A stretch of 14,349 nt of DNA from a virus (taxonomy: Duplodnaviria; Heunggongvirae; Uroviricota; Caudoviricetes), in the IMG/VR virus record IMGVR_UViG_3300011947_000002, positions 64,001-78,349 of that record; one strand, 5' to 3'. Made by a program: the position numbers and the translations under genes. This document shows positions 1 through 7,919 of the stretch, in pieces. How positions within the stretch are numbered: the first letter of the stretch is position 1; every line of letters starts with the position of its first letter. Below the pieces are notes generated by a model, which worked only from the letters and a program-made list of their open reading frames with translations, was not told where the DNA came from and made no database searches.

Positions 1-2
1 AC

Positions 3-398
3 GTACCGCGACCTAATGGCGGTCAACCAGATTACGATAATCCATCATACTTATCTGAACACATCATGGGTTCTGTAAATGCTGCTATCTGCCCTACTCA
101 ATTTTATATTGGGGAAGCAGAATTCGACAAAGTAACTACTGGCGAAAACATTTACAAGGTATGGCATGAAGAAGTGTTACAGAAGGCCGAAAAAGGCGAG
201 TTACAGGCCGTTGATGCGAAAGATCGTACTCTGATCCAATTTGATTGGCAAACGTGGCATACGGGCGTTCTAGCGCGTCAAAATGGCTGGCGCTGGTTTG
301 GTCGTCTAAGTCGCAATACAGATCGAACCAAACATATCACAAATGAAATACGTCGTCAGACACAAGTTTATATGGATAATCTAACAGAAGGTTGGTGA
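3..398 (+). CDS. 5'-truncated CDS; hypothetical protein, possibly the C-terminal part of a 2OG-Fe(II) dioxygenase-like fold
   Basis: The frame is open from position 3 (VPRPNGGQPDYDNPSYLSEHI) into the ATG at 66, so the gene starts before the window. C-terminal WHTG...GWRWFGR resembles the distal His plus 2OG-binding Arg strands of double-stranded beta-helix oxygenases; the HxD motif would lie outside the window. The CDS is secure, the product is tentative. Confidence 0.6.
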   Translation, partial: VPRPNGGQPDYDNPSYLSEHIMGSVNAAICPTQFYIGEAEFDKVTTGENIYKVWHEEVLQKAEKGELQAVDAKDRTLIQFDWQTWHTGVLARQNGWRWFGRLSRNTDRTKHITNEIRRQTQVYMDNLTEGW

Positions 399-399
399 T

Positions 400-630
400 A
401 TGAAAGCTCAATTAAGAAGTTCAAATTATGTGATTGCACTCACACCAGAACAATATGATAAATTAGAATCAATGGATTTTATTTATGAAGTTGAACCACG
501 TCTTCATGCGGTTGGTGCTTATCATATTGATTACAGTGGTCATTACGGAAATAACATATTCTTTGAAGCCAAAGCTGACACTGATGTATCATTAATCGAA
601 AACGAACTAAAAAATATGCTGGGGGATTAA
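400..630 (+). CDS. hypothetical protein (76 aa)
   Basis: ORF starts 1 nt after the upstream stop; purine-rich GAAGG/GGTG upstream; tightly packed. Confidence 0.75.
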   Translation: MKAQLRSSNYVIALTPEQYDKLESMDFIYEVEPRLHAVGAYHIDYSGHYGNNIFFEAKADTDVSLIENELKNMLGD

Positions 631-631
631 T

Positions 632-889
632 ATGCTAGTTATTTCATCAAATACAACCGATCGTGCTTCTATTCGTCAAAAATTATTGTGTAATGGTTAT
701 CGAGAACAATTCTTAAATGAAATGAATGCAGGAGAATTCCTATACTTCAACATCAATACCCGCGACAGGTCATTTGTGACAATGAAGCATGATGATTATG
801 AAACACAATATCGATACCAGATTAATCGCGAAGCATTATTCGTGATTTCTTCATCTATATTCCGAGAACGTTTTACATTTTTGATCTAA
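632..889 (+). CDS. hypothetical protein (85 aa)
   Basis: GGGGA Shine-Dalgarno upstream; 1 nt after the previous stop. Confidence 0.75.
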   Translation: MLVISSNTTDRASIRQKLLCNGYREQFLNEMNAGEFLYFNINTRDRSFVTMKHDDYETQYRYQINREALFVISSSIFRERFTFLI

Positions 890-900
890 TATGATATATT
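872..900 (+). promoter_or_regulatory. sigma70-type early promoter with extended -10
   Basis: TTTACA (872-877), 17 nt, TATATT (895-900) preceded by TG at 892-893; upstream of ORF 933. Confidence 0.6.
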
Positions 901-932
901 GTATACACATTATGATTTGTTGAGGGACAAAA

Positions 933-1433
933 ATGATTACATTTAAAATGAAACCATCTTACCATCAAAGTGAAAGTAGCCAAGAATTGCGCGAAAAAGT
1001 TTTCCATATTTACAATAAAAACTCTACCAGCCTTTTCAACAAAAATGAACGTTTCATTTTAACTTGGCTTGATGGATTTGGTTCCAGTGATATTTACTGG
1101 CGTGATAGGGAAAAAATGAATCATGTATATTACAACAGTAGTATGAAATTGGTTCGCTTAATCAATATCAACAACCAGAATGCACGTTATGAAAAAATAT
1201 TGTTTAAATCTGGCGCACGTAAAGGTGAATTGAAAGAATATAAATTGATCCAGAAAAAACAATGGCTTGGTTACACCTATGACATTCCATTGGAATTATT
1301 TAAACATCTTACTCAAAATGGCCGATACCGCATTCGCCAACACAATCATCATTTCACATTTGAAGATGTCAATAATCTTCCTGATAAAGAAAAGCCAAAA
1401 AACAAAGTTAAAACTAAAGGAAAAGCCGCGTAA
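933..1433 (+). CDS. hypothetical basic protein (166 aa)
   Basis: GAGGGA SD, own promoter, terminator at the 3' end; Lys-rich C-terminus. Confidence 0.85.
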   Translation: MITFKMKPSYHQSESSQELREKVFHIYNKNSTSLFNKNERFILTWLDGFGSSDIYWRDREKMNHVYYNSSMKLVRLININNQNARYEKILFKSGARKGELKEYKLIQKKQWLGYTYDIPLELFKHLTQNGRYRIRQHNHHFTFEDVNNLPDKEKPKNKVKTKGKAA

Positions 1434-1447
1434 TGCGGCTTTTTTTA
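1421..1447. terminator. intrinsic terminator between convergent genes, probably bidirectional
   Basis: AAAAGCCGC-GTAAT-GCGGCTTTT stem-loop followed by a T run on + and preceded by an A run; overlaps the stop codons of ORFs 933-1433 (+) and 1445-2059 (-). Confidence 0.85.
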
Positions 1448-2059
1448 TTTTGGATTATATCCCCATTCTGATAATGAGTTTCCGTCAGTATGGACTTCAG
1501 AAGCACTAACGGTTTTGGTTATAATTTTATATTTCCCTTTCAGGTTATCTTTACCATGTTCGTCAGCATAACGCTTAGATAAAGTAACCCAGTCACCAGC
1601 ATTAATTTTAAGCTTTTCGTCATCATTCATATCTTCCAGCTTTTCAGTAAGCTTTTTGATTTCAGCACGAACATGATTTGAGTATTCGCTTTTCGATCCA
1701 GAGAAATATGAAGGAATGGTTCCGCGACGCATATATGCAGCTAATTCTTTTTCATGTTTCGCCAGTTCTTTTTCTACAGCTTTCTTATCACCAAGGGGAA
1801 CAGCACGATAGATTTTAACTGGTTTGTTTTGACGACCCTTATAACGCAATGCAATATTCAAACATTCAACATCAGTTGGCATGTGAGTATATTCATGTGG
1901 TCGCGTATAGATATCATCTGGATATGTTCCATCAAAGGTTAAATCGTACAATGGCGCATCAGCTTTAGTTGGTGCTTCATGATCACCTTTATATTTTTCA
2001 CTGATTACAATTTCACCAGTTAATGCTTTTTCTTCTAATAGGAATTGTTCAAATTTCAT
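1445..2059 (-). CDS. putative ADP-ribosyltransferase-fold protein (R-S-E type), predicted virion-packaged
   Basis: IYRAVP (catalytic Arg strand), INAGDWVTLS (S/T-x-S-like strand), YADEHG, GNSLSEWGY (catalytic Glu); N-terminal MKFEQFLLE resembles the T4 capsid-targeting sequence. Confidence 0.6.
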   Translation of the reverse strand: MKFEQFLLEEKALTGEIVISEKYKGDHEAPTKADAPLYDLTFDGTYPDDIYTRPHEYTHMPTDVECLNIALRYKGRQNKPVKIYRAVPLGDKKAVEKELAKHEKELAAYMRRGTIPSYFSGSKSEYSNHVRAEIKKLTEKLEDMNDDEKLKINAGDWVTLSKRYADEHGKDNLKGKYKIITKTVSASEVHTDGNSLSEWGYNPK

Positions 2060-2060
2060 T

Positions 2061-2567
2061 TTAAATTTTCTTCATTTTTTGTATTGTTGTATCGCTTAAT
2101 ATCTGGCCCTTACCACGTGCTGTATCTATGATTAGGCGATCCAGAGTATTTATATTATTTAAATCGTTGTGTTCAGATAAGGTATAATAATTTTTCAGTT
2201 CTGATTTGAATAAAGAAACAATCATTAAGATATATGCTTTATCTACCATCGGACTGAATTTATAAACGATGTGATCAACACTAATTCCATCCAAATGAAC
2301 TTCAGTGAAGATATCAATGATTGTAGAAATCACCATATCAACATCATAAAAATCACTCATGATTGGTTGAATTTTATTATCACCCTTCTGGTATCCTAAT
2401 TCCACCACATAAAAATCTTCTTTTTTGGTGAAAATCATTCTATATTTTTTATCTTCATCCGTTTCAATATCGAATTGAATAGCAGTATCACTACTATTCT
2501 TATCGTAGTTATAGCTTCCTTTAGATGCCGATTCTGCTATAAGTCGGCTATAATCTTTATATTTCAT
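2061..2567 (-). CDS. hypothetical protein (168 aa), candidate internal head protein
   Basis: ATGA overlap with the upstream gene; N-terminus MKYKDYSRLIAE ends in an I-x-E site like T4 MKTYQEFIAE. Confidence 0.8.
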   Translation of the reverse strand: MKYKDYSRLIAESASKGSYNYDKNSSDTAIQFDIETDEDKKYRMIFTKKEDFYVVELGYQKGDNKIQPIMSDFYDVDMVISTIIDIFTEVHLDGISVDHIVYKFSPMVDKAYILMIVSLFKSELKNYYTLSEHNDLNNINTLDRLIIDTARGKGQILSDTTIQKMKKI

Positions 2568-2965
2568 ACGTGATTGATAAACCGTTTTAAAAATTGAAAT
2601 GCACGTTGTGATATGACAGAATCGCGTTTAATAAATCGCTTTTTACTGATACTGGTAAACACCAACTCATCACCAACTTTAGTTAAGTATGCAAGTTCTT
2701 CTAGATCATTCTTAACAATTAAAGATAAGTTAGATACATCTGACTTACTCACATCTTTAATATTATTAGTATTAGTAAAATCAACAGATTTACCTACAGG
2801 TACACAACGAAGAATTCTAATAATATCACGCGCATTGGCGGTATCATCTGCTGTTGGTGTTTTATTTAAATTCTTATTAATTTCTTCTGTGTCAATACTT
2901 TGTTCTTGTTGATTCTGATTCAAAATAAATTCAGATAGATATTCTTTAATATTTTTTTCACTCAT
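2564..2965 (-). CDS. hypothetical protein (133 aa), candidate internal head protein
   Basis: Start moved from 2974 to the ATG at 2965, which has a GAAGGTG SD; N-terminus MSEKNIKEYLSE. Confidence 0.8.
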   Translation of the reverse strand: MSEKNIKEYLSEFILNQNQQEQSIDTEEINKNLNKTPTADDTANARDIIRILRCVPVGKSVDFTNTNNIKDVSKSDVSNLSLIVKNDLEELAYLTKVGDELVFTSISKKRFIKRDSVISQRAFQFLKRFINHV

Positions 2966-3242
2966 GGGATTCACCTTCTTTTTGTTTTAAAATTTCTCTT
3001 GATATATCAACTTCATGCTTGATGTGAATAATACCATGTGTGTATAAAGAAGCCTGAACCCATGTAATCCATGCAGAACTTGTTGTTTTAGGGTTGTAAT
3101 CCGGTGAAGACATTTTTTCCAACATCCAAAGGGCATGGGAAAGTCCCAGACTACCATCCTTATCTTTCACAGGTTTAATATCAGGTCGAATTTCATTAAT
3201 AAACATTTTGTATCGGTTAACTAACACATTTATATTTTTCAT
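2958..3242 (-). CDS. conserved-type phage hypothetical protein (94 aa)
   Basis: AAGGA SD and late promoter upstream; HALWMLEKM...WITWVQASL...G resembles, from recall, a widespread HxxWM...WxGxxQG phage family of unknown function. Confidence 0.8.
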   Translation of the reverse strand: MKNINVLVNRYKMFINEIRPDIKPVKDKDGSLGLSHALWMLEKMSSPDYNPKTTSSAWITWVQASLYTHGIIHIKHEVDISREILKQKEGESHE

Positions 3243-3264
3243 ACGTTACACATCCTTTTAATAG

Positions 3265-3272
3265 TATTTATA
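3265..3272 (-). promoter_or_regulatory. T4-type late promoter TATAAATA
   Basis: Exact TATAAATA on the minus strand, 22 nt upstream of the ATG of the minus-strand operon and upstream of its SD. Confidence 0.65.
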
Positions 3273-3284
3273 TGAGTTTATCAC

Positions 3285-3313
3285 TTTACAAATATGATTT
3301 AAACATTTATTAT
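3285..3313 (+). promoter_or_regulatory. sigma70-type promoter
   Basis: TTTACA (3285-3290), 17 nt, TATTAT (3308-3313); upstream of ORF 3346 and divergent from the late promoter. Confidence 0.55.
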
Positions 3314-3345
3314 GTGTATACAAAATTCAATTAGAGAATTCATAT

Positions 3346-4275
3346 ATGTTAATTACTCCAAAAATACGTTTGTATTCAGAATTTTACATCGCAAAATTTA
3401 CTGATCCTGATATTGAAAAATATGGTCTAACACGTAGCTACTATGAACGTCACAATGCATTAGGTGAACAACCATTATATGACGGCATCATTGGTTTATA
3501 TGGGGAAGTTAATGAATTCGACTTACATCCAATGTATTATGAAACAAAGCAGCAATTTCAAGATATTCACGTATCAAATATTAAATCATATTTGAATCGA
3601 AATCGTTATCTTGCATATAAGATTAAAAAGTTTCGCTGGAATGAAAATTATCGTGCATTGTTTCATCCACGTTTTATCTTCAGAGGTGAATATCCAGACG
3701 AACAAAGTTATATAAAAGCTTACAAAGCAAATAAAGATGTAAGTATTACACCTTATGGTGCTGGTGATGATCCTTTACAAATTTATAATCGCCTTAACTT
3801 CTTAAAGAAAATCAAAAATCGTGATTTTATTATTTCTTTAACATTCACCCGAAAGGAAATTCTTGAAGATGGAGAAACATCATATGGTGGCTATCGTCAA
3901 CATAAAAATGGCGGATACTTCGGAACCAAGTTTCTAGAACATGAATATCTAGCTGATGAAGATGCTATCAAGGATGGTATTTATCAATTCCATATCTTGG
4001 AATTAGTGAAACCAGATGATATTGATATAATCAGAACAGAGAATTTCATTTATGTTCGAGGTCGTCGTAATCGGGAAAATTATGAAGTGTATGATATTAA
4101 GGATGATCGCTACTTAATCACTCATATCCAAAAGAACAAAGAAGGACAATTTTACATTGGTGATGCTATTCATCAAATTAAATTTTATGATGAAGGTGAA
4201 TTCAGCATTGAACAAGTTGATGCCGACCTAAAAGCAATGGTTGATGAATTCAAGTCAAAACGCAACGCTACATAA
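3346..4275 (+). CDS. hypothetical protein (309 aa)
   Basis: Long ORF with AGAG SD; the segment YGAGDDPLQ...GGYRQHKNGGYFG...EYLADE resembles, from recall, the GGWRWHKWG-Y-G family of large-phage hypotheticals. Confidence 0.85.
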   Translation: MLITPKIRLYSEFYIAKFTDPDIEKYGLTRSYYERHNALGEQPLYDGIIGLYGEVNEFDLHPMYYETKQQFQDIHVSNIKSYLNRNRYLAYKIKKFRWNENYRALFHPRFIFRGEYPDEQSYIKAYKANKDVSITPYGAGDDPLQIYNRLNFLKKIKNRDFIISLTFTRKEILEDGETSYGGYRQHKNGGYFGTKFLEHEYLADEDAIKDGIYQFHILELVKPDDIDIIRTENFIYVRGRRNRENYEVYDIKDDRYLITHIQKNKEGQFYIGDAIHQIKFYDEGEFSIEQVDADLKAMVDEFKSKRNAT

Positions 4276-4297
4276 GCTAATTTAACGCTATTTGAGA

Positions 4298-4342
4298 ATT
4301 TAAGCCGCTGGATGGTATATCACTACTGTCGTCGGCTTAAAT
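4298..4342. repeat. 10-bp inverted repeat with 25-nt spacer
   Basis: ATTTAAGCCG (4298-4307) and CGGCTTAAAT (4333-4342), just downstream of ORF 3346-4275. Confidence 0.7.
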
Positions 4343-4423
4343 GCCTTATACGGGCTTACAATGCAAATTAAAAACATATTGTTTGTAAATACACGATAGT
4401 TTGTTGTATACACACGATTCTTC

Positions 4424-4452
4424 TTGACACAATTCGATGTAATATTAATAAT
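4424..4452 (+). promoter_or_regulatory. possible sigma70 promoter firing into the AT-rich tract
   Basis: TTGACA (4424-4429), 17 nt, AATAAT (4447-4452; 5/6 match lacking the first T). Confidence 0.35.
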
Positions 4453-4555
4453 ATCTATTATAATATATAATAATTACTTATATATTTATTAACTAATAAT
4501 TAATTATATTTATATGTCGCGAAGCGACATATTGATGCGAAGCATCAAATTTGAT
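4440..4555. other. AT-rich unwinding tract plus tandem GCGAAGC mini-hairpins and a palindrome; candidate replication origin
   Basis: 4440-4515 has 3 C and no G in 76 nt; ATATGTCGC-GAA-GCGACATAT (4512-4532); TTGATGC-GAA-GCATCAA (4532-4548); perfect palindrome ATCAAATTTGAT (4544-4555). Confidence 0.5.
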
Positions 4556-4579
4556 TTTATTATTTTTATATGATATATT
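4551..4579 (+). promoter_or_regulatory. sigma70-type promoter with extended -10
   Basis: TTGATT (4551-4556), 17 nt, TG-A-TATATT (4571-4579). Confidence 0.5.
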
Positions 4580-4613
4580 TCTTACATCAAATATGTATAG
4601 AGATATTTTTAAA

Positions 4614-5504
4614 ATGTTAATTACTAAGAAAAATAGAATTGAAACTAATATTACAAGATTACATCAGTTCTTTGAATTCATTAGTCCAACCATTAGTTTC
4701 TTACAATCGGATATCTTGTTCCATTTAAGAAGTCAGTTAAAAAATTCATTGACTGGATTGATTTACAATGAATCATTTGAAGTGTTATGTGATTATAACA
4801 CACGTTCAATCAATCGTTATTTCAAAGACTGGGAAAACGACGAAGATTGTACAATTTCAGTGCTGGATTGGATTCAACCAAATATTCCATTATTAATTGT
4901 TCCAGCGGAATATCAGGATAAAATTCCATCTGTTTTATTATCTGAAAAAGTAGCAAATCTTGAAGATGATCTATTCGCTCCATCAGGTGAAGATAACTAT
5001 ATCGATTTTTCTTACAAGAATGCTGAATATCATTATGCACATTATACCCTATTAAATTATGTGTTTAATAAGTTTATGAATGATATTCTTTCGTCAAAAT
5101 ATAATACGAATAAAGGTGCTATTTTCGGTGATATTTATAACAATTATTTCCGTAAACAGGTTTCTTTTTACAAAGAAAGAATGATGAAACTGGCTTTACT
5201 TTCATCTAATCCTGATATTCAGGAACGTGCGAAGATGATTCTAACAACTTCAGATTTCATTTATTGTGAAGATTCATACACTGAAACACATCATTGTCGA
5301 GTTTTGTTTACATCTGAATACTTTGTTCAAGGTGGTGATCAATTAGATCGTAGTGCACATATGTTTAAATCATCTCATAGAGATAATATGTTGAATGAAA
5401 TGCGAGATATCCATAATCCATTATTTAACAAATATATTGATATTATGAAGGCGAGAATAGCCAATTCAAATGTTGATACAAATATCCATGATGAAAATTC
5501 ATAA
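4614..5504 (+). CDS. hypothetical protein (~296 aa)
   Basis: Long ORF; the TTG start at 4551 coincides with a promoter -35, so the ATG at 4614 (AGAG upstream) or at 4593 is more plausible. Confidence 0.8.
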   Translation: MLITKKNRIETNITRLHQFFEFISPTISFLQSDILFHLRSQLKNSLTGLIYNESFEVLCDYNTRSINRYFKDWENDEDCTISVLDWIQPNIPLLIVPAEYQDKIPSVLLSEKVANLEDDLFAPSGEDNYIDFSYKNAEYHYAHYTLLNYVFNKFMNDILSSKYNTNKGAIFGDIYNNYFRKQVSFYKERMMKLALLSSNPDIQERAKMILTTSDFIYCEDSYTETHHCRVLFTSEYFVQGGDQLDRSAHMFKSSHRDNMLNEMRDIHNPLFNKYIDIMKARIANSNVDTNIHDENS

Positions 5505-5519
5505 TTTATAGGATAACTA

Positions 5520-5990
5520 ATGAAAGAATTTACAATTGCTAATATGACCAGTATCGAAATGTTGGTTGATTTAATTGATGAAACCAGTGAATGTGTAGGT
5601 GATAATTATAACATCAGCCAAAAATGTGATGATATAATTGAAGAAATGATTCAATCCATTAATGATTTAAACAACCCTACTTTAAAGGGGAAATATTTCT
5701 TCACTGAATCAAATCTTCAATATTGTGCCAATGAAGCTATAACCAATGATGTTGATCAGCTTGGTGTGCACATTGATCATGATGGGGTTTGGGAATTTAA
5801 CGGTCGAATTCACGATGATGTATATTCTTGGGTAGAAAATATTATGGTGTTTTTCTATCATGCCGATGGAAGTGGTTTTGATTACATTATTGGTCATCAT
5901 AAACACGGTCTAATATTTTCTAATGAAACAGTATTCGGCCGATTCATTAAACGCTTTCCAACAAATGTATGGGATTATAGGGATATCTAA
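5520..5990 (+). CDS. hypothetical acidic protein (156 aa)
   Basis: AGGA SD; TAATG coupling to the next gene. Confidence 0.85.
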   Translation: MKEFTIANMTSIEMLVDLIDETSECVGDNYNISQKCDDIIEEMIQSINDLNNPTLKGKYFFTESNLQYCANEAITNDVDQLGVHIDHDGVWEFNGRIHDDVYSWVENIMVFFYHADGSGFDYIIGHHKHGLIFSNETVFGRFIKRFPTNVWDYRDI

Positions 5991-6697
5991 TGACTAATTT
6001 AATCACGTGCATTGCAGTTGAACCTACGAACTTTTTTCTTATCTACAACAGACTATATTCATTAAAAGCATCTGATGTAAATGGATTATTTGATGTATTG
6101 GTAAAACAATCACAATTAATCTTTGATGAGAAAGGGAAAGTGATTGTTGGGCATAATCAACATAACCTGATTAAATTCGTTCAAGAACGATATATTAAAG
6201 ATATTCGTGACTTTCAAAATAATGTCACAGCGTTAGACGATATGGTTGTGTACGATGTACAAGCATTGATCAATACTATATGTGATGATATTCTTAATTA
6301 TAAGAATCGAGAAGTTTTAATTGATGAAGACTTAATGTTATGTGAAATAACAAATAAGCCAAATAATAATTGTGCATATTTGATGTTTTATGGTAAAATT
6401 TTCAAAATTAAACTTAATCCGATTAATGGGATTTTTAATAAAGCATATCATCCGATGCGAAATACTGATGTCTTAAAAACATCAGGATTCATAATTGATG
6501 ACGGTGTTAAAATTAAATTAAGGAATAATCAAGGATCAAAAGATTTAATTGACTTTATCAACAATAATACGGTTGATGATGTTGCTGTAGATTTAACACA
6601 TCTTATTAGTCGAGATGAAATTTACAACGAAATGACAAAATCCACTAATGCTGTGATTCAGTTCAAAATTTCCCAAAAAATTTTAGAAGGGATGTGA
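5990..6697 (+). CDS. hypothetical protein (235 aa)
   Basis: TAATG overlap with the upstream gene; long ORF. Confidence 0.85.
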   Translation: MTNLITCIAVEPTNFFLIYNRLYSLKASDVNGLFDVLVKQSQLIFDEKGKVIVGHNQHNLIKFVQERYIKDIRDFQNNVTALDDMVVYDVQALINTICDDILNYKNREVLIDEDLMLCEITNKPNNNCAYLMFYGKIFKIKLNPINGIFNKAYHPMRNTDVLKTSGFIIDDGVKIKLRNNQGSKDLIDFINNNTVDDVAVDLTHLISRDEIYNEMTKSTNAVIQFKISQKILEGM

Positions 6698-6736
6698 TAT
6701 TTATCACCCATTTCTTGGAATAAAGAGAGTTTTAAA

Positions 6737-6955
6737 ATGGAAGATTTACAATCGAAATATGAAAAACTGAAAGAAGACGATCATATCTTCTTAACACATG
6801 ATAATATTGAATGTGTAGTAGTTTCACAACATGTAGGTGATTCTGTATTCCTTCAACGCACAGACGACCATTCAAAATACTTCCATATTTTCTATGATGA
6901 ACTATGTGAAAAAGATCAATTTAAAATAATAGGATTGCAAAAAGGTGAACGATAG
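6737..6955 (+). CDS. hypothetical protein (72 aa)
   Basis: AGAGAG upstream; directly abuts the next gene. Confidence 0.7.
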   Translation: MEDLQSKYEKLKEDDHIFLTHDNIECVVVSQHVGDSVFLQRTDDHSKYFHIFYDELCEKDQFKIIGLQKGER

Positions 6956-7501
6956 ATGAGAATCCAGAAAGGTAAGGTTCGTTTCTCTAAACGAGAATTA
7001 TGGAACCTAGATGAAACATTAAAACCTATCCTACGCACAGCCCTAACACAGTTTCGTGATGCTAAAAAGATGGGTGTATCTACACTTGTCTATGAAGACT
7101 ATATCGCGGATGAACGCGGTATTACTGTTGATGAAGCTGCTAAATGGATCAAGGAACATCGCGATATTTATGGTAATATCGAAGGTTTCAAAGGCCGACT
7201 AGAAGAAATGGTTGAATATTTCCATAAAGTTATTCTGGAAGATATGATATTTGCATTTAGCGATCATCTAGATTATATGGATATTGAAAATCAGCCGTAT
7301 AATATCCATTTCAATCGTGTGGGTACAACCAGTGAAGGCAATGTTCGCTCTGTGTTGCATAGAGAAATGAAAGATGGCTTCACAGAAGAAGATTATGATT
7401 CTTATCGCGAACGTGAACGCGAATATGATAAGAAAGTGCATGATCGATGTGAACGTGGGCGATTCTTATTTGCAAGATATTTTCATGCACTTTGGGATTA
7501 A
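6956..7501 (+). CDS. conserved-type phage hypothetical protein (181 aa)
   Basis: AAAGGTG SD; WNLDETL...DMIFAF...GRFLFARYFHALWD resembles, from recall, a common phage family ending LFxKYyxxLWD. Confidence 0.85.
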   Translation: MRIQKGKVRFSKRELWNLDETLKPILRTALTQFRDAKKMGVSTLVYEDYIADERGITVDEAAKWIKEHRDIYGNIEGFKGRLEEMVEYFHKVILEDMIFAFSDHLDYMDIENQPYNIHFNRVGTTSEGNVRSVLHREMKDGFTEEDYDSYREREREYDKKVHDRCERGRFLFARYFHALWD

Positions 7502-7514
7502 TCCCAAATTTGTA

Positions 7515-7543
7515 TTTACAAACTATCCATCATTTGATACACT
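7515..7543 (+). promoter_or_regulatory. sigma70-type early promoter with extended -10
   Basis: TTTACA (7515-7520), 17 nt, TG-A-TACACT (7535-7543); heads the gene run 7571-11720. Confidence 0.7.
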
Positions 7544-7570
7544 CTATACATCAAATGATGGATTTTTACT

Positions 7571-7918
7571 ATGCTGAACAACAACTTAAAGAAATCTAAG
7601 GAATTGATTTATAATCTCGGTTATAAAGATGATTTATACAAGGTGAATTTAATTTGTCAGGATGGACAATTTCGTGTTGATTATGAACCGTGTAACTTTT
7701 TACGTAAAGTTATTGAAACAGGGCGAACAAAAGATATTGTTGATATAGCTGGGGCATTTAACACATTTTGTATGGGGGATATTCATCCATTCACTAAATT
7801 TATTGAGTCTACACACTTATATGGCGATAAACTATTAAACCTGAACGTTAACCAAATACTTAATAGTTATGAAAATTGGTTTGAGTTAAACAAAAACAAT
7901 TTCAGTGAGTGGTGTTAA
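7571..7918 (+). CDS. hypothetical protein (115 aa)
   Basis: GATGGA upstream; follows a promoter. Confidence 0.8.
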   Translation: MLNNNLKKSKELIYNLGYKDDLYKVNLICQDGQFRVDYEPCNFLRKVIETGRTKDIVDIAGAFNTFCMGDIHPFTKFIESTHLYGDKLLNLNVNQILNSYENWFELNKNNFSEWC

Positions 7919-7919
7919 T

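Noticed and set aside
1200-1245. FKSGARKGELK motif recalling basic loops in phage family A DNA polymerases
   Set aside because: Too short and compositionally biased; no polymerase motifs elsewhere in the 166-aa protein
1267-2912. ORF-track entries 1267-1509 (+), 1754-1942 (+) and 2613-2912 (+)
   Set aside because: They overlap better-supported genes in another frame or strand, cross a terminator or lack an SD, and have the low-complexity composition of shadow ORFs
4424-4464. Perfect TTGACA and TATAAT pair
   Set aside because: The spacer is 29 nt, too long; only the weaker AATAAT at 17 nt is compatible
4507-4514. Second TATAAATA on the minus strand
   Set aside because: It lies in a 96% AT tract where the motif is expected by chance, and no minus-strand gene follows
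3346-4650. Similar starts MLITPKIR and MLITKKNR of the ORFs at 3346 and 4614 as evidence of paralogy
   Set aside because: The similarity does not visibly extend beyond about 8 residues
4822-7577. ORF-track entries 4822-5040 (-), 5709-5906 (-) and 7374-7577 (+)
   Set aside because: Antisense to or out of frame with longer genes; 7374-7577 also runs across a clear promoter
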